64,000 nucleotides of DNA from Thalassobaculaceae bacterium (GCA_965228875.1 OZ245843.1:3268616-3332615); one strand, 5' to 3'; positions 9,978 through 23,605 are shown, counted from the first letter of the stretch. Notes: a model not told the origin generated them from the sequence alone. Program-made: numbers and translations.

Positions 9978-11222
9978 TCATGCGTCCCGGTCGACCGCCG
10001 CCGAGATGGCATGACGCCGCATCCAGATCGCCGCGATCACCACCAAGGCCACCGCCCCACCGACCACGACCGGCGGGCGCAGACCGACGGCATCGCCGGC
10101 CGCCCCCATGGCGAGCGCGCCGATCGCAGGGCCGCCGCGAAAAATGATTCCGTGCAGACTGAGCACCCGCCCGCGCATCGCCGGGGCCACGGCGAGCTGG
10201 ACGATGGTCTGGGTCCCGACGCCGGCCGCCACCATCGCGGCGCCGTAGAGGCCGAGCGCCGGATAGGCAACCCACAGCGTCCCGGACAGCGCCACCGCCA
10301 GCACTGAGGCAGCGACCAGCACCGAAGCCGCGAGAACGATCGGCACTAGGCCGCGCTGATCGGGCCGCCCGGCCAGCAGCCAGCCGCCGGCGATCGCCCC
10401 GGCCCCGGTCACCGACGTCATGATCGCCAGCGTGTCGGCGCCGCCGCCGAACACCCGGTCGGCGAAGCCGGGCAGCAGTTCGACGACCGCCCGGACCGAG
10501 ATCGCGGTGACCAGGTGCAGCAGCAGGATCGGCCCCAGGCCGGGGTCGCGGGCGGCATAGCGCATCCCCTCGCCGATCTCGGCGACGAGTCCGCGTCGGG
10601 CGCCGGACACCCCGTCGTCGCGGCCGATCGACGGATTGCGCGCCCGGATCGTCGAAAGGGCCGCGAGCAGGCAGAGGTAGCTGAGCGCGTTGACGACGAA
10701 GGCCCAGCCGAGATCGGCCCAGACGATGACGAGCCCCGCGACCGCCGGACCGATGAAGCGCGCGGTGTTGAAGACCATGGAATTGATGGCGACGGCGGTG
10801 GAGATCCGCTCGCGCGGGACCAGACGCGGCGCCAGCGCCAGACGGGAAGGCTGGTTGAAGCCGATCACCATGCCGTTGGCGAAGGCCATGGCGACAACGA
10901 TCTCGACGGTGATCGCGTCGGTCAACGTCAGCGCGCCCAGGACGAACGCGAGCAGCATGGAAAGGGTCTGACAGCTCAGGATCACCAGCGTGCGGTCCAT
11001 CCGGTCGGCCGCGACGCCGCCGACAAGGCCGATCAGGACCGATGGGAAGAGGTCGGCGAAGGCGACCGCACCGAGCCAGGTCGCCGAATGGGTCAGTTCC
11101 CAGGTGAGCCAGCCGATGGCGACCCGCTGCACCCACATGCCGATGAGCGAGATGCCGTTGCCGAGCGTGTACAGCCCGTAGTCGCGGTGCGCCAGGGTGC
11201 GCAGGATCGGATGGTCGATCAT
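9978..11222 (-). CDS. MFS transporter
   Basis: About 12 hydrophobic helices, GGVAADRMDR, MRGRVLS motifs. Confidence 0.92.
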   Translation of the reverse strand: MIDHPILRTLAHRDYGLYTLGNGISLIGMWVQRVAIGWLTWELTHSATWLGAVAFADLFPSVLIGLVGGVAADRMDRTLVILSCQTLSMLLAFVLGALTLTDAITVEIVVAMAFANGMVIGFNQPSRLALAPRLVPRERISTAVAINSMVFNTARFIGPAVAGLVIVWADLGWAFVVNALSYLCLLAALSTIRARNPSIGRDDGVSGARRGLVAEIGEGMRYAARDPGLGPILLLHLVTAISVRAVVELLPGFADRVFGGGADTLAIMTSVTGAGAIAGGWLLAGRPDQRGLVPIVLAASVLVAASVLAVALSGTLWVAYPALGLYGAAMVAAGVGTQTIVQLAVAPAMRGRVLSLHGIIFRGGPAIGALAMGAAGDAVGLRPPVVVGGAVALVVIAAIWMRRHAISAAVDRDA

Positions 11223-11485
11223 CTGTCGGATGCCCGATGGTGCCGCCGGCGGAGTTCGACGGCCAGGGGAGCGCGGATTGGAACGCTATCTTAACCCGAA
11301 TCGTCCACTGTCCGACCGGGTTTGGCAACACGGCCGGTCGGCGACGCGGCCGGCCCGGCGCAGCTTCCGGCGAGACAATCCGTTCGGATAATGAAATCAA
11401 CCACCAACCTTCCGATTGAAATGTTGAACCCTATGGATTATATATTTTTGGAAGGTGAACGCTTGCTGGAACGTGTGACCAGGAC

Positions 11486-12214
11486 ATGTCGGACATGACG
11501 CTTGAGACCGACATTCTCGACGACGACGGTCCGGCCCCCATCGTTCGGGTGCCGCCCCCGTCCGTCCCCAAGGCCGCGCCGCGCGCGTCGGCCCGCGGCG
11601 AACTGGTCGACGTCCCCTACATGCTCTGGCTGGTGACGACCGCGACGGCCCTCATGGGAGCCCTGTCGCTGACCCTGGCGCTGGTGATCTACCTGATCGA
11701 CAACGCGCTGGCGTTCTCCGGCGGGGCGCCGATGTTCAAGCCGGGCGACTACCGCAGCGTGCTCGAACTGTCGGTGATCTTCGCCCTGCTGGCCATCGCG
11801 GCGCACTTCCTGCGGGTCCGCCTGGAGGCCGCGCGCCAGGCGGCCATCGTCATCCCGCTGCCGTTCCGAATCGCGGTCGAACCGCCGATCGGCGACCTGC
11901 GCTCCCGGTTCGAGGCCTCGTGCAACATATCGATCGCGCTCGACAACGAGGGGCCGATCCCGATCCTGACCAGCCAGCCGGTCGTGCTGAAGCGCGCCCT
12001 GGAGAACGCCTTCATCGTCGCCGTGACCGACCCGGTGATCCGCTTCTCCAAGCAGAAGATGGAACAGACGCTCAAGGTCGCCGCCGTCAGCGTGCTGGGT
12101 GCCGGCGTCTCCTACATCGAGATGAGCGAGGTGCGTCAGCGGCGCCTGCCGCCGCGCCCGCGGCCGGTCGACACGGCCGGCGACGCCGACTCCACGCCTG
12201 TCCCGGCCTGCTGA
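11486..12214 (+). CDS. Hypothetical membrane protein (2 TM helices)
   Basis: GC3-rich ORF with two hydrophobic segments; AT-rich upstream region; family not recognised. Confidence 0.7.
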   Translation: MSDMTLETDILDDDGPAPIVRVPPPSVPKAAPRASARGELVDVPYMLWLVTTATALMGALSLTLALVIYLIDNALAFSGGAPMFKPGDYRSVLELSVIFALLAIAAHFLRVRLEAARQAAIVIPLPFRIAVEPPIGDLRSRFEASCNISIALDNEGPIPILTSQPVVLKRALENAFIVAVTDPVIRFSKQKMEQTLKVAAVSVLGAGVSYIEMSEVRQRRLPPRPRPVDTAGDADSTPVPAC

Positions 12215-12238
12215 CGCCGACGACCGAGAGCGCGTGCT

Positions 12239-13387
12239 TCAGGCCGCCCGGCGCAGGTGACGGTCGAGCGCCGCGAACAGCGTGTCGACCTCCTGCGGAC
12301 GGTTGAACAGGTACGGCGCGACCCGGATCCGGCCGCCCCGCAGACTCACATGAATGTTCTCCGCCGCCAGCCGGTCCGCCAGGTCGGGCGCCGACGGTTC
12401 CGGCAGGCGCAGACCGATGAAATGCGGGGACCGGTGCGCCTTCGGCGGCACCGACCAGCCGCGCTCCTCCGCCGCATCGGCGATCCTGTCGACGATCGGC
12501 TCGATGCCCGCGGCCACGGCGTCGAGGCCCCAGGCGGCGATCTGCTCCATCGCCGAAACCGCCATCGGCAGATGGATCATGGCGTCGGCCGCGCCCTGGT
12601 CGAACCGCTGGGCGCCCGGTTTGAAGCGCGCGCCATAGCCGGGCGACAGGGTCATTGGCCCTTCGCCGATGCGCGCCGCGTGATTGTGCTCCACCGGTTC
12701 GCCGTTCTGGCGTCGGGGAGCGACGTAGAGGTAGCCGGACTGGTCCGGAGACAGCAGCCATTTGTACGCCGAGCAGGCCACGTAGTCGGGGTCGATGCGG
12801 GCGACATCCAGCGGCATCACGCCGATTGACTGGGTGGCGTCGATGAACAGTGCTGCGCCCTGGGCATGGGCGACGTCGGCGATCGGCGCCAGGTCAAGAA
12901 CTCCGCCATCGACCCAATGGACGTTCGGCAGGGTGACCAGCCCGGTCTCCGGCCCGAGGCGCTCCAGCACGGCGCTTGTCCAGTCGCCGTCGCCGGGCCG
13001 CGGCACCACGACGACCGAGGCGCCATCGCGTTCCGCGAGCCGCTGCCAGGCATAGAGGTTGGACGGGAACTGCGCCTCCAGGACGACGACCGTCTGGCCG
13101 GCCTCGAGCGTAAGGTTGCGGGCGGCGATGGCGACGGCATAGCTGGTCGCCGTGGTCAGCGCGACGTCCTCCTCGCGGGCACCGACGAACCCGGCGTAGA
13201 GCGCGCGGGCCCGGGCCATTTCGGCGCCGAGATTGCCGCGCTCCGGCTCCCACGGCCGCGCCTTGCGGTCGACCGCCCGCCGGCCGGCTTCCGCCGCCGC
13301 GCGGGGCGCGGGTCCCTGTGCGGCGCAGTTCATGTAGACGATGTCTTCGGGCAGATCGAAGAGCGGGCGGATGATATCGGGGGTCAC
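12239..13387 (-). CDS. Class V PLP-dependent aminotransferase (cysteine desulfurase/kynureninase-like)
   Basis: YMNCAAQGP, QFPSN, DATQSIG, SAYKWLL (PLP lysine), IRVAPYLFN; GTG start inferred. Confidence 0.88.
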   Translation of the reverse strand: MTPDIIRPLFDLPEDIVYMNCAAQGPAPRAAAEAGRRAVDRKARPWEPERGNLGAEMARARALYAGFVGAREEDVALTTATSYAVAIAARNLTLEAGQTVVVLEAQFPSNLYAWQRLAERDGASVVVVPRPGDGDWTSAVLERLGPETGLVTLPNVHWVDGGVLDLAPIADVAHAQGAALFIDATQSIGVMPLDVARIDPDYVACSAYKWLLSPDQSGYLYVAPRRQNGEPVEHNHAARIGEGPMTLSPGYGARFKPGAQRFDQGAADAMIHLPMAVSAMEQIAAWGLDAVAAGIEPIVDRIADAAEERGWSVPPKAHRSPHFIGLRLPEPSAPDLADRLAAENIHVSLRGGRIRVAPYLFNRPQEVDTLFAALDRHLRRAA

Positions 13388-13481
13388 GGCCGGGCCTCGC
13401 GTGGTTGCAGCGCCAACCAGCCTAGACCCGACGCGGGCCGGCGTTAAGGGTTGTTGCCAGACCGTTCGGCCGTCGGGTCCG

Positions 13482-14693
13482 TCAGCCGTCCGACCGCCGG
13501 CGCTTGGGCGGCACGCCCTCAAGCCGGGCGTCGTCCAGCGTCACCCCGTCGAGGACGGCGCCGGTCAGGTTGGCGCCGTTGAGTCGGGTTTCCTGCTTGC
13601 GGCCGACATTCTCGCCATGGCTGGACAGCAAGGGGGCCGCCGACAGGATCGCATCGGTCAGATCGGCGCGCGACAGGTTGGCGCCCGACAGGATCGCCCC
13701 CGACAGGTTGCAGCGCGCCAGCGAGGCCAGCGACAGATCGGCGCCGGACAGGTCGGCCAGGACCAGGAGCGCGTCCGTCAGCAGGGCCCGGTGCATGATG
13801 ACGCCGCGCAGATCGGCGCCCGACAGGTTCAGGCCCCGAAGATCCGCGTCGGTCAGGTCGACCCCGTCGAGCGACGCCCGCGAGCCGCGCCGCCCGTCGC
13901 TGCGCACCCAGCGGTCGTGCTCGACCAGCGTGCGCTGCACCTCGGCGGCGACGATGTCGGCCGGCGGCGCCAACCGGGCGTTCGAGGTGTCCACCTTGCT
14001 CAGGTCGACATCGCGCAGCCGCGCCCCGATCAGGTTGGCGCGGTCGATCGTCGCGCCGTCCAGTTGGGCTCCCGAGAGGTCGGCGCCGGTGGCCAGCGAA
14101 TCACTCAGATCCGCGTCGCTCAGATCGGCGGAGACGAGATTGGCGTTGCGCAGGATGACGCCGGACATCGACGCGCGTCGCAACGTCGCGCGCTCCAGAT
14201 TGGCCCCGGTCAGGTCCGTCTGGGCCATGCGCGCCCGGTCGAGCTTCGCGCCCTTGAGGTTGGCCCGGTGCATGCGCGCGCCGGCGAAGTTCACGCCCTC
14301 GCCGCCGAATGCCTTCTGGCTGCTGTCCTCCGGCAGTCCGCTGGCGCCGCGCAGCGACACGCCGCGCAGATCCGCCCCCTCGAACACCGTCCCGACGAGC
14401 TGCGTGCCCGTCAGGTCCGCCTCTTCCAGCGTGGCGTCGCGGAACGACGCGCCGCAGAGATCGGCGCCGGCGAAGATCGCGCGGGTGAGGTTGCAGCCGA
14501 TGAAACGCACGCCCTGGAGGTCGCAGCCGCCGAAATCCACCTCCCGCAGATCCTGACCCGAGAAGTCGGTTCCGAACAGGTTGGACTGGGCGAACGACGC
14601 GGGCTGGCCGTCAGCCGCCCCCTCCAGCCACAGCCGGTGGCTCGCCAATTTCCGCTCGACGGTGTCGTGCGATATGTGACCCTGGATGCTCAT
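13482..14693 (-). CDS. Pentapeptide repeat protein
   Basis: Long runs of A(D/N)LxG repeats in two blocks, each starting with an H..WL/WV...G cap. Confidence 0.95.
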   Translation of the reverse strand: MSIQGHISHDTVERKLASHRLWLEGAADGQPASFAQSNLFGTDFSGQDLREVDFGGCDLQGVRFIGCNLTRAIFAGADLCGASFRDATLEEADLTGTQLVGTVFEGADLRGVSLRGASGLPEDSSQKAFGGEGVNFAGARMHRANLKGAKLDRARMAQTDLTGANLERATLRRASMSGVILRNANLVSADLSDADLSDSLATGADLSGAQLDGATIDRANLIGARLRDVDLSKVDTSNARLAPPADIVAAEVQRTLVEHDRWVRSDGRRGSRASLDGVDLTDADLRGLNLSGADLRGVIMHRALLTDALLVLADLSGADLSLASLARCNLSGAILSGANLSRADLTDAILSAAPLLSSHGENVGRKQETRLNGANLTGAVLDGVTLDDARLEGVPPKRRRSDG

Positions 14694-14709
14694 ACGTCCA
14701 CAGTCGCAT

Positions 14710-16143
14710 CTATCCGCTTAAAGTTTGGTTAACCCTTACCCTGCGAAGGGCCGAAAGTTCGGCTTCTGCCTGGGTGAACGTCTTCTCCAAGCGGTCGCAA
14801 ATCTCGTCGAGTTCACCATCGCTGGTGACCAACGGGGGAGAGATCATGACCCAATCTCCATCCCGACCGCCGTTCGTTCGCCGCGTGTACACTATCAAAC
14901 CGTTTTGCATTGCGATACGGGTGACGATCGCCGGCACCATCGCGTCTATGGCGAAGGGTCGCTTGTCGGCACGATCCTCGACGAACTCCACCGCCATCAG
15001 CAGCCCCTTGCCGCGCACGTCGCCGATGAACGGGTGGCGTTCCGCCATGTCCCCGAGCCGGGCCGTCAGCGCCTCGCCGAGCACGCGGGCGCGCTCCACC
15101 AGGCCGCGCTCCAGCGTCTCCTCGAGCACCGCCAGGCCGACGGCGCAGGACAGCGGATTGCCGAACGAGGTATGGCCGTGGACGAAACCGCCGTCGCCGG
15201 CGACCTGCGCCACCAGGTCGCGTGGCGCCAGCACCAGGCCGAGGGGCAGGTATCCGGCGCCCACGCCCTTGGCCATGACGATCAGGTCGGCCCGGCAGTC
15301 GGGCCAGAATTCGTGGGACAGGAACCGCCCGGTCCGCCCGCCGCCGCTCATCACCTCGTCGTGGATCAGCAGCACGCCGTAGCGGTCGCAGATCTCGCGC
15401 ACCCGCCGCATGTAGGCGGCATGCGGCACCAGCGCCCCGGTGGCCACGCCGCCGACCGGTTCCTGCATGAAGGCCAGCACGCTGTCCGGTCCTTCGGCGA
15501 CGATCGTATCCTCAAGGACCTGCGCGCATTTCAGCGCCCAGGCCTCCGCATCGTGGCCGGCGGGAATGCGGTAGGTGACCGGTGCCGGAACCTTCGGCAT
15601 GGCCTGCATCATCGGCCCGAACATCTCATGGGCCAGCGGATCGCCGGTGACCGACAGCGCGCCCAGGGTGCTCCCGTGATAGGAGGGCTGGCGCGAGATC
15701 ACCTTCCACCGCGTTCCCTCGCCGCGCGACAACGCGATCTGCCGCGCCAGCTTCAGCGCCGCCTCGTTCGCTTCGGAGCCGCCGGAGACCACGAACACCC
15801 GCTCGTAGCCGGGGCCCGCCGCCTCCGCCAGCCGTTCGGCGAAGTCCCGGTTTGCCCGGCTTTCGAAATGCGACACGTTGGCGAAGGCCGCCGCCTCCGC
15901 CTGGGTGTGCAGGGCGTCGAGCACGCGGCGGTTGCCGTAGCCCAGGTTGCAGGCCACCGGACCGGAACTGACGTCGAGGTAGCGGTTGCCGGCCGTGTCC
16001 CACATCTCGATGCCCATCGCCCGCGCGATCTGCGGCTTCGCGGGGGTCCCCGGTGGGGCGGCGAACACCTGGACCGGCTCGCCCCGCGCCAGGGTGCCGA
16101 GCGGAGGCAGGGTGTCGAGGTCGTTGCGGAGCACGGTGGACAT
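14710..16143 (-). CDS. Class III PLP-dependent aminotransferase
   Basis: YLDVSSG, SGGSEANE, SYHGST, LIHDEVMSGGGRTG, MAKG, HGHTS. Confidence 0.92.
   Translation of the reverse strand: MSTVLRNDLDTLPPLGTLARGEPVQVFAAPPGTPAKPQIARAMGIEMWDTAGNRYLDVSSGPVACNLGYGNRRVLDALHTQAEAAAFANVSHFESRANRDFAERLAEAAGPGYERVFVVSGGSEANEAALKLARQIALSRGEGTRWKVISRQPSYHGSTLGALSVTGDPLAHEMFGPMMQAMPKVPAPVTYRIPAGHDAEAWALKCAQVLEDTIVAEGPDSVLAFMQEPVGGVATGALVPHAAYMRRVREICDRYGVLLIHDEVMSGGGRTGRFLSHEFWPDCRADLIVMAKGVGAGYLPLGLVLAPRDLVAQVAGDGGFVHGHTSFGNPLSCAVGLAVLEETLERGLVERARVLGEALTARLGDMAERHPFIGDVRGKGLLMAVEFVEDRADKRPFAIDAMVPAIVTRIAMQNGLIVYTRRTNGGRDGDWVMISPPLVTSDGELDEICDRLEKTFTQAEAELSALRRVRVNQTLSG
14718..14733. promoter_or_regulatory. 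CtrA-box-like site TTAA-N7-TTAAC
   Basis: TTAA AGTTTGG TTAAC, about 25 bp upstream of the pentapeptide gene start. Confidence 0.6.
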
Positions 16144-16309
16144 GGCGGCCCTCTCTGGGATCGATCCCCGATACTGGCCCGCCGGTTCGGACACGCCAAG
16201 CCCCGGCCTTCACCGGCACGGTCTCGGATTGAGATCTGAAGGCGCCAAATGAATATATATTGTGTTTATCGGCAAATTCTGATACTAAATATAACGAATC
16301 GAAATTGAT

Positions 16310-16502
16310 TCGCGCCCCGATCTTTCAAAGGAGCGGGTCGGCCGGCGCTCACGGTTCCGTCGCTTCCCCGGCGGCGGAAGCGGGAGAGGGGAAGCCCCCC
16401 TTCGTCTCTCCCTCCACCCTGTGAAGCTCCTTAAGGACGGCACGCCGTCCAGCCTGACGGGTGCGCCCGCACGCGACATCGGCGCACCCGCCCTTTTTTT
16501 TT
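16310..16502 (+). ncRNA. Candidate sRNA with C-rich hairpin loops and intrinsic terminator
   Basis: AT-rich upstream region, consecutive hairpins (TTCCCC and CCCC loops), terminator CGGGTGCGCC...GGCGCACCCG-CCC-T9; 5' end estimated. Confidence 0.45.
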
Positions 16503-16673
16503 CGACGAGACCGAGGCCCGCCTTTCCGCGACCGGCCCCTGATGGCGCCCCATCCACGGGCTGACGCCGGCGCCGACAGCCGCTTCCGCAAAGCAGCTCT
16601 GGCCGGCGGTGCCGTCGCCCGTTAGGCTCCCGCCGTCAGACCTACCCGTCCCATTTCCCGAAGGAGACCCGCC

Positions 16674-17141
16674 ATGGCCGGCACCATCGACGCCCGCTTG
16701 GCCGAACTCGGCATCGAGATCCCGACCCCGGCCGCACCCGCCGCGAACTACGTACCGTTCGTGCGCTCCGGCAACCTGCTCTTCGTTTCCGGACAGATCC
16801 CGATGGTCGACGGCAAGATCGAGGGCATCGGCGTGGTCGGCAGCGACCTGACCACCGACGACGCCCGGAAGATCGCCGAGATCTGCGCCATCAACCTGAT
16901 CGCCCAGGCCAAGTCCGCCTGCGGCGGCGACCTCGACAAGGTCGAACGGGTCGTCAAGCTCGGCGGATTCGTGCGATGCACCCCGGACTTCACCGAACAG
17001 CCCGAGGTGGTCAACGGCGCCTCCGACCTGATGGTCGCGGTGTTCGGCGACAAGGGCCGCCATTCGCGTTTCGCGGTCGGCACCAACGCCCTGCCCCGCG
17101 GCGTCGCCGTCGAGGTCGAAGCGGTCTTCGAGCTGTCCTGA
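16674..17141 (+). CDS. RidA/YjgF family protein
   Basis: PAANYVPF, FVSGQIP, VVNGASDL, GRHSRFAVG..LP..VAVEVE. Confidence 0.93.
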   Translation: MAGTIDARLAELGIEIPTPAAPAANYVPFVRSGNLLFVSGQIPMVDGKIEGIGVVGSDLTTDDARKIAEICAINLIAQAKSACGGDLDKVERVVKLGGFVRCTPDFTEQPEVVNGASDLMVAVFGDKGRHSRFAVGTNALPRGVAVEVEAVFELS

Positions 17142-17255
17142 TCCGGCGCGTCCCCGCGCCCACGGCCCGGACGCACCCGATCGGGGTGGCGCGCTCTTGC
17201 CGACAGGCGGGAGCGCCCCACCTCGACTCCGGAATGCAGCGCAACGGACCCGGCG

Positions 17256-18425
17256 ATGCCTGACGGCACCGACATTAATCTGGCCGAGGAAGTCTCGGTC
17301 CTGCCCGCGATCGCCGCGGTGACGGCGGCGGAGTGGGACGCCTGCGCCGGGGCGGACAACCCGTTCCTGTCGCACGACTTCCTCCACGCCCTGGAGGAGA
17401 GCGGGTCGGTCCGCACCGAGACCGGCTGGCTGCCGCGCCACCTTGCCGTGACCGACCGCGACGGTCGCCTGGCGGCGGCCATGCCGCTGTATCTCAAGGG
17501 CCATTCCCGCGGCGAGTACGTGTTCGACTGGGGCTGGGCCGACGCCTACGAGCGCGCCGGCGGTCGCTACTACCCAAAGCTGCTCTCGGCGGTGCCGTTC
17601 ACCCCGGTGACCGGCCCGCGCATGCTGGTCCGCCCGGACATCGACCGGACCCGGGCGGAGGAGGTCCTCGCCGGCGGCATCGTGGCGCTGATGAACCAGC
17701 TCAACGTCGCCACCGCGCATGTCAATTTCCTGACAGCCTCCGAATGGGAGCGCCTCGGCTCCTTCGGCTTCCTGCAGCGCACCGGCCTGCAGTACCACTG
17801 GCGCAACGACGGTTACGCCACGTTCGACGACTTCCTCGCGGCGCTGTCCTCGCGCAAACGCAAGGCGATCCGCAAGGAACGCCGGCAGGTGGCGGACAGC
17901 GACCTGACGATCCGCCGGCTGGTCGGGCGCGAGATCGAGGAGCGGCACTGGGATGCGTTCTTCCATTTCTATATGGACACGTCCGACCGCAAGTGGGGCT
18001 CGCCCTATCTGAATCGAACGTTCTTCTCGCTGCTGGGCGAGCGGATGGCGGAGCGGGTGATGCTGGTGGTCGCCGAGCGCGACGGCCGACCGGTCGCCGG
18101 TGCCCTGAACCTGATCGGAACCGACACCCTGTTCGGCCGCAACTGGGGCTGCATCGAGGACTATCGCTTCCTGCATTTCGAGGCCTGCTACTACCAGGCC
18201 ATCGACTTCGCCATCGAGCGCGGCCTGACCACCGTCGAGGCCGGCGCCCAGGGCCAGCACAAGATCCAGCGCGGCTACCTGCCGGTCGAGACCTACAGCG
18301 CCCACCTGATCCTGGACGACGGGTTCCGCGACGCGGTCGACGATTTTTTGCAACGCGAGAAGCGGCAGGTCGCCCACGAAAAGGCGCTGCTGCTGGAGGA
18401 ATCGCCGTTTCGTCAGGGCGGTTAA
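17256..18425 (+). CDS. FemAB-like GNAT family protein (DUF482 type)
   Basis: NPFLSHDFL, HSRGEYVFDWGWA, VPFTPVTG, LHFEACYYQAI, EAGAQGQHK. Confidence 0.92.
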   Translation: MPDGTDINLAEEVSVLPAIAAVTAAEWDACAGADNPFLSHDFLHALEESGSVRTETGWLPRHLAVTDRDGRLAAAMPLYLKGHSRGEYVFDWGWADAYERAGGRYYPKLLSAVPFTPVTGPRMLVRPDIDRTRAEEVLAGGIVALMNQLNVATAHVNFLTASEWERLGSFGFLQRTGLQYHWRNDGYATFDDFLAALSSRKRKAIRKERRQVADSDLTIRRLVGREIEERHWDAFFHFYMDTSDRKWGSPYLNRTFFSLLGERMAERVMLVVAERDGRPVAGALNLIGTDTLFGRNWGCIEDYRFLHFEACYYQAIDFAIERGLTTVEAGAQGQHKIQRGYLPVETYSAHLILDDGFRDAVDDFLQREKRQVAHEKALLLEESPFRQGG

Positions 18426-18502
18426 CGGTTTGTTTGGGAATTGTTGCTGCAATGCCACAGGACAGGGCTTTCGCAAGAAAAATGTCACGACCCCCTTGCG
18501 AC

Positions 18503-18528
18503 TGATCCGGCCCGTCATAAAGTGCGTA
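18503..18528 (+). promoter_or_regulatory. RpoE (ChrR-controlled ECF) promoter TGATCC-N15-GCGTA
   Basis: Matches the Rhodobacter sigmaE consensus; same boxes and spacing as the site upstream of rpoE at 50735-50760. Confidence 0.75.
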
Positions 18529-18618
18529 TCAATGGCTGGTGAGCGCGCGTCCATGCGAGCGCAGGTCTCGCCGAGCTGAGCATTCGATCCATCGATGACA
18601 CGAGAAGGAGGTCGCCCG

Positions 18619-18798
18619 ATGCGCGATTCCTATGTGCTGACGCCGCTCGAAGCGGCTGAGCAGACCGGCCTGGAACTCGACACCGTCCTGACCCTGGCCG
18701 CCAACACCGATTCGGTTGCCGAGACCAACGGCGAGACCCTGCGGATCGATCCGTGGGCCCTGGCCGCTGCTGCCGGACAGCTTAAGCAGGCTGCCTGA
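18619..18798 (+). CDS. Small 59-aa protein, possibly a degenerate excisionase/MerR-like HTH
   Basis: Strong RBS GAAGGAGGT; YVLTPLEAAEQTGLELDTV...GETLRID; own promoter and terminator. Confidence 0.7.
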   Translation: MRDSYVLTPLEAAEQTGLELDTVLTLAANTDSVAETNGETLRIDPWALAAAAGQLKQAA

Positions 18799-18828
18799 TC
18801 CCCAACGGGATCCCACAATCCTGATCGC

Positions 18829-18859
18829 AGGCCCCGCTTCGGCGGGGCTTTCGATTTTT
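18829..18859 (+). terminator. Intrinsic terminator
   Basis: AGGCCCCGC-TTCG-GCGGGGCTT followed by TCGATTTTT. Confidence 0.7.
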
Positions 18860-18940
18860 CGGGCCGGAGCCGTGCCCCTTCCCTCCGTCCCCGCGCCGCC
18901 TTACATTGCGGGTCATCCGACCAACCGGAATTGCCCGCTG

Positions 18941-19780
18941 ATGCCGTCGCTCCACTCCATCGTCACGAGACCCGTCACCCTTCGCCTGGCCGCCGCCGTC
19001 CTGCTGGCCGGCCTCGCCGCGTGCGGCTCCACCGACGAGGGGCCGCAATACGTCGAACGGCCGGTGGAGGAGCTGTACAACGACGCGTACAACGCCGCCC
19101 TGGCCGGCGAGTTCAAGGCGGCGGCGCCGCTGTTCGACGAGGTCGAGCGCCAGCATCCCTATTCGGTGTGGGCGACCCAGGCGCAGCTCATGGCCGCCTA
19201 TTCCCAGTACCAGTCGAACGAATACGACGACGCGGTCTCGGCGCTGGACCGGTTCATCCAGCTCAATCCCGGCAACCCGAACGTCGACTACGCCTATTAT
19301 CTGAAGGGGCTGTGCTACTATGAGCGGATCGTGGACGTGGGACGCGACCAGAAGCTGACCCGCGAGGCGCTGTCCTCCTTCGAGGAGGTCGTGCAGCGGT
19401 TCCCCAACTCGAAATACGCCCGCGACGCCCGGCTCAAGATCGACCTCGCCCGCAACCACCTTGCCGGCAAGGAGATGAGCATCGGCCGCTGGTACATGCG
19501 CCAGGGCCAGTACCTCGCCGCCATCAACCGCTTCCAGCGGGTCGTCTCCGAGTTCGACACGACGGAACAGGTGCCGGAAGCCCTGCTGCGCATGACCGAA
19601 TCCTACGTCTCCCTCGGTCTGATCGAGGAGGCGAGGCGGACCGCCGCCGTGCTCGGCCACAACTATCCGGGCTCCGATTGGTACCAGGACGCCTTCGTGC
19701 TGGCGACCGAAGGCCGGGCGCGCACCACCGCGGAGTCCCAGGACGACGGGTGGTTCGGCTGGGGCCTCGGCCCGTTCTAG
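18941..19780 (+). CDS. bamD: Outer membrane protein assembly factor BamD
   Basis: Lipobox LAAC, EVERQHPYSVWA, GRDQ, HLAGKEM.IGRWY, LGHNYPGSDWY. Confidence 0.96.
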   Translation: MPSLHSIVTRPVTLRLAAAVLLAGLAACGSTDEGPQYVERPVEELYNDAYNAALAGEFKAAAPLFDEVERQHPYSVWATQAQLMAAYSQYQSNEYDDAVSALDRFIQLNPGNPNVDYAYYLKGLCYYERIVDVGRDQKLTREALSSFEEVVQRFPNSKYARDARLKIDLARNHLAGKEMSIGRWYMRQGQYLAAINRFQRVVSEFDTTEQVPEALLRMTESYVSLGLIEEARRTAAVLGHNYPGSDWYQDAFVLATEGRARTTAESQDDGWFGWGLGPF

Positions 19781-23560
<3,780 letters not shown>

Positions 23561-23605
23561 TCCGCTGCTGACGGCGACCGGCCGCCCGCTGGATTCCAAA
23601 ATCCC

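Noticed and set aside
8455..11400. Apparent 981-aa fusion protein
   Set aside because: The N-terminal half is an off-frame reading of the MFS gene; the real monooxygenase starts near 9930.
11457..11472. GAAC-N8-GAAC as a LexA box
   Set aside because: The alphaproteobacterial SOS box has N7 spacing.
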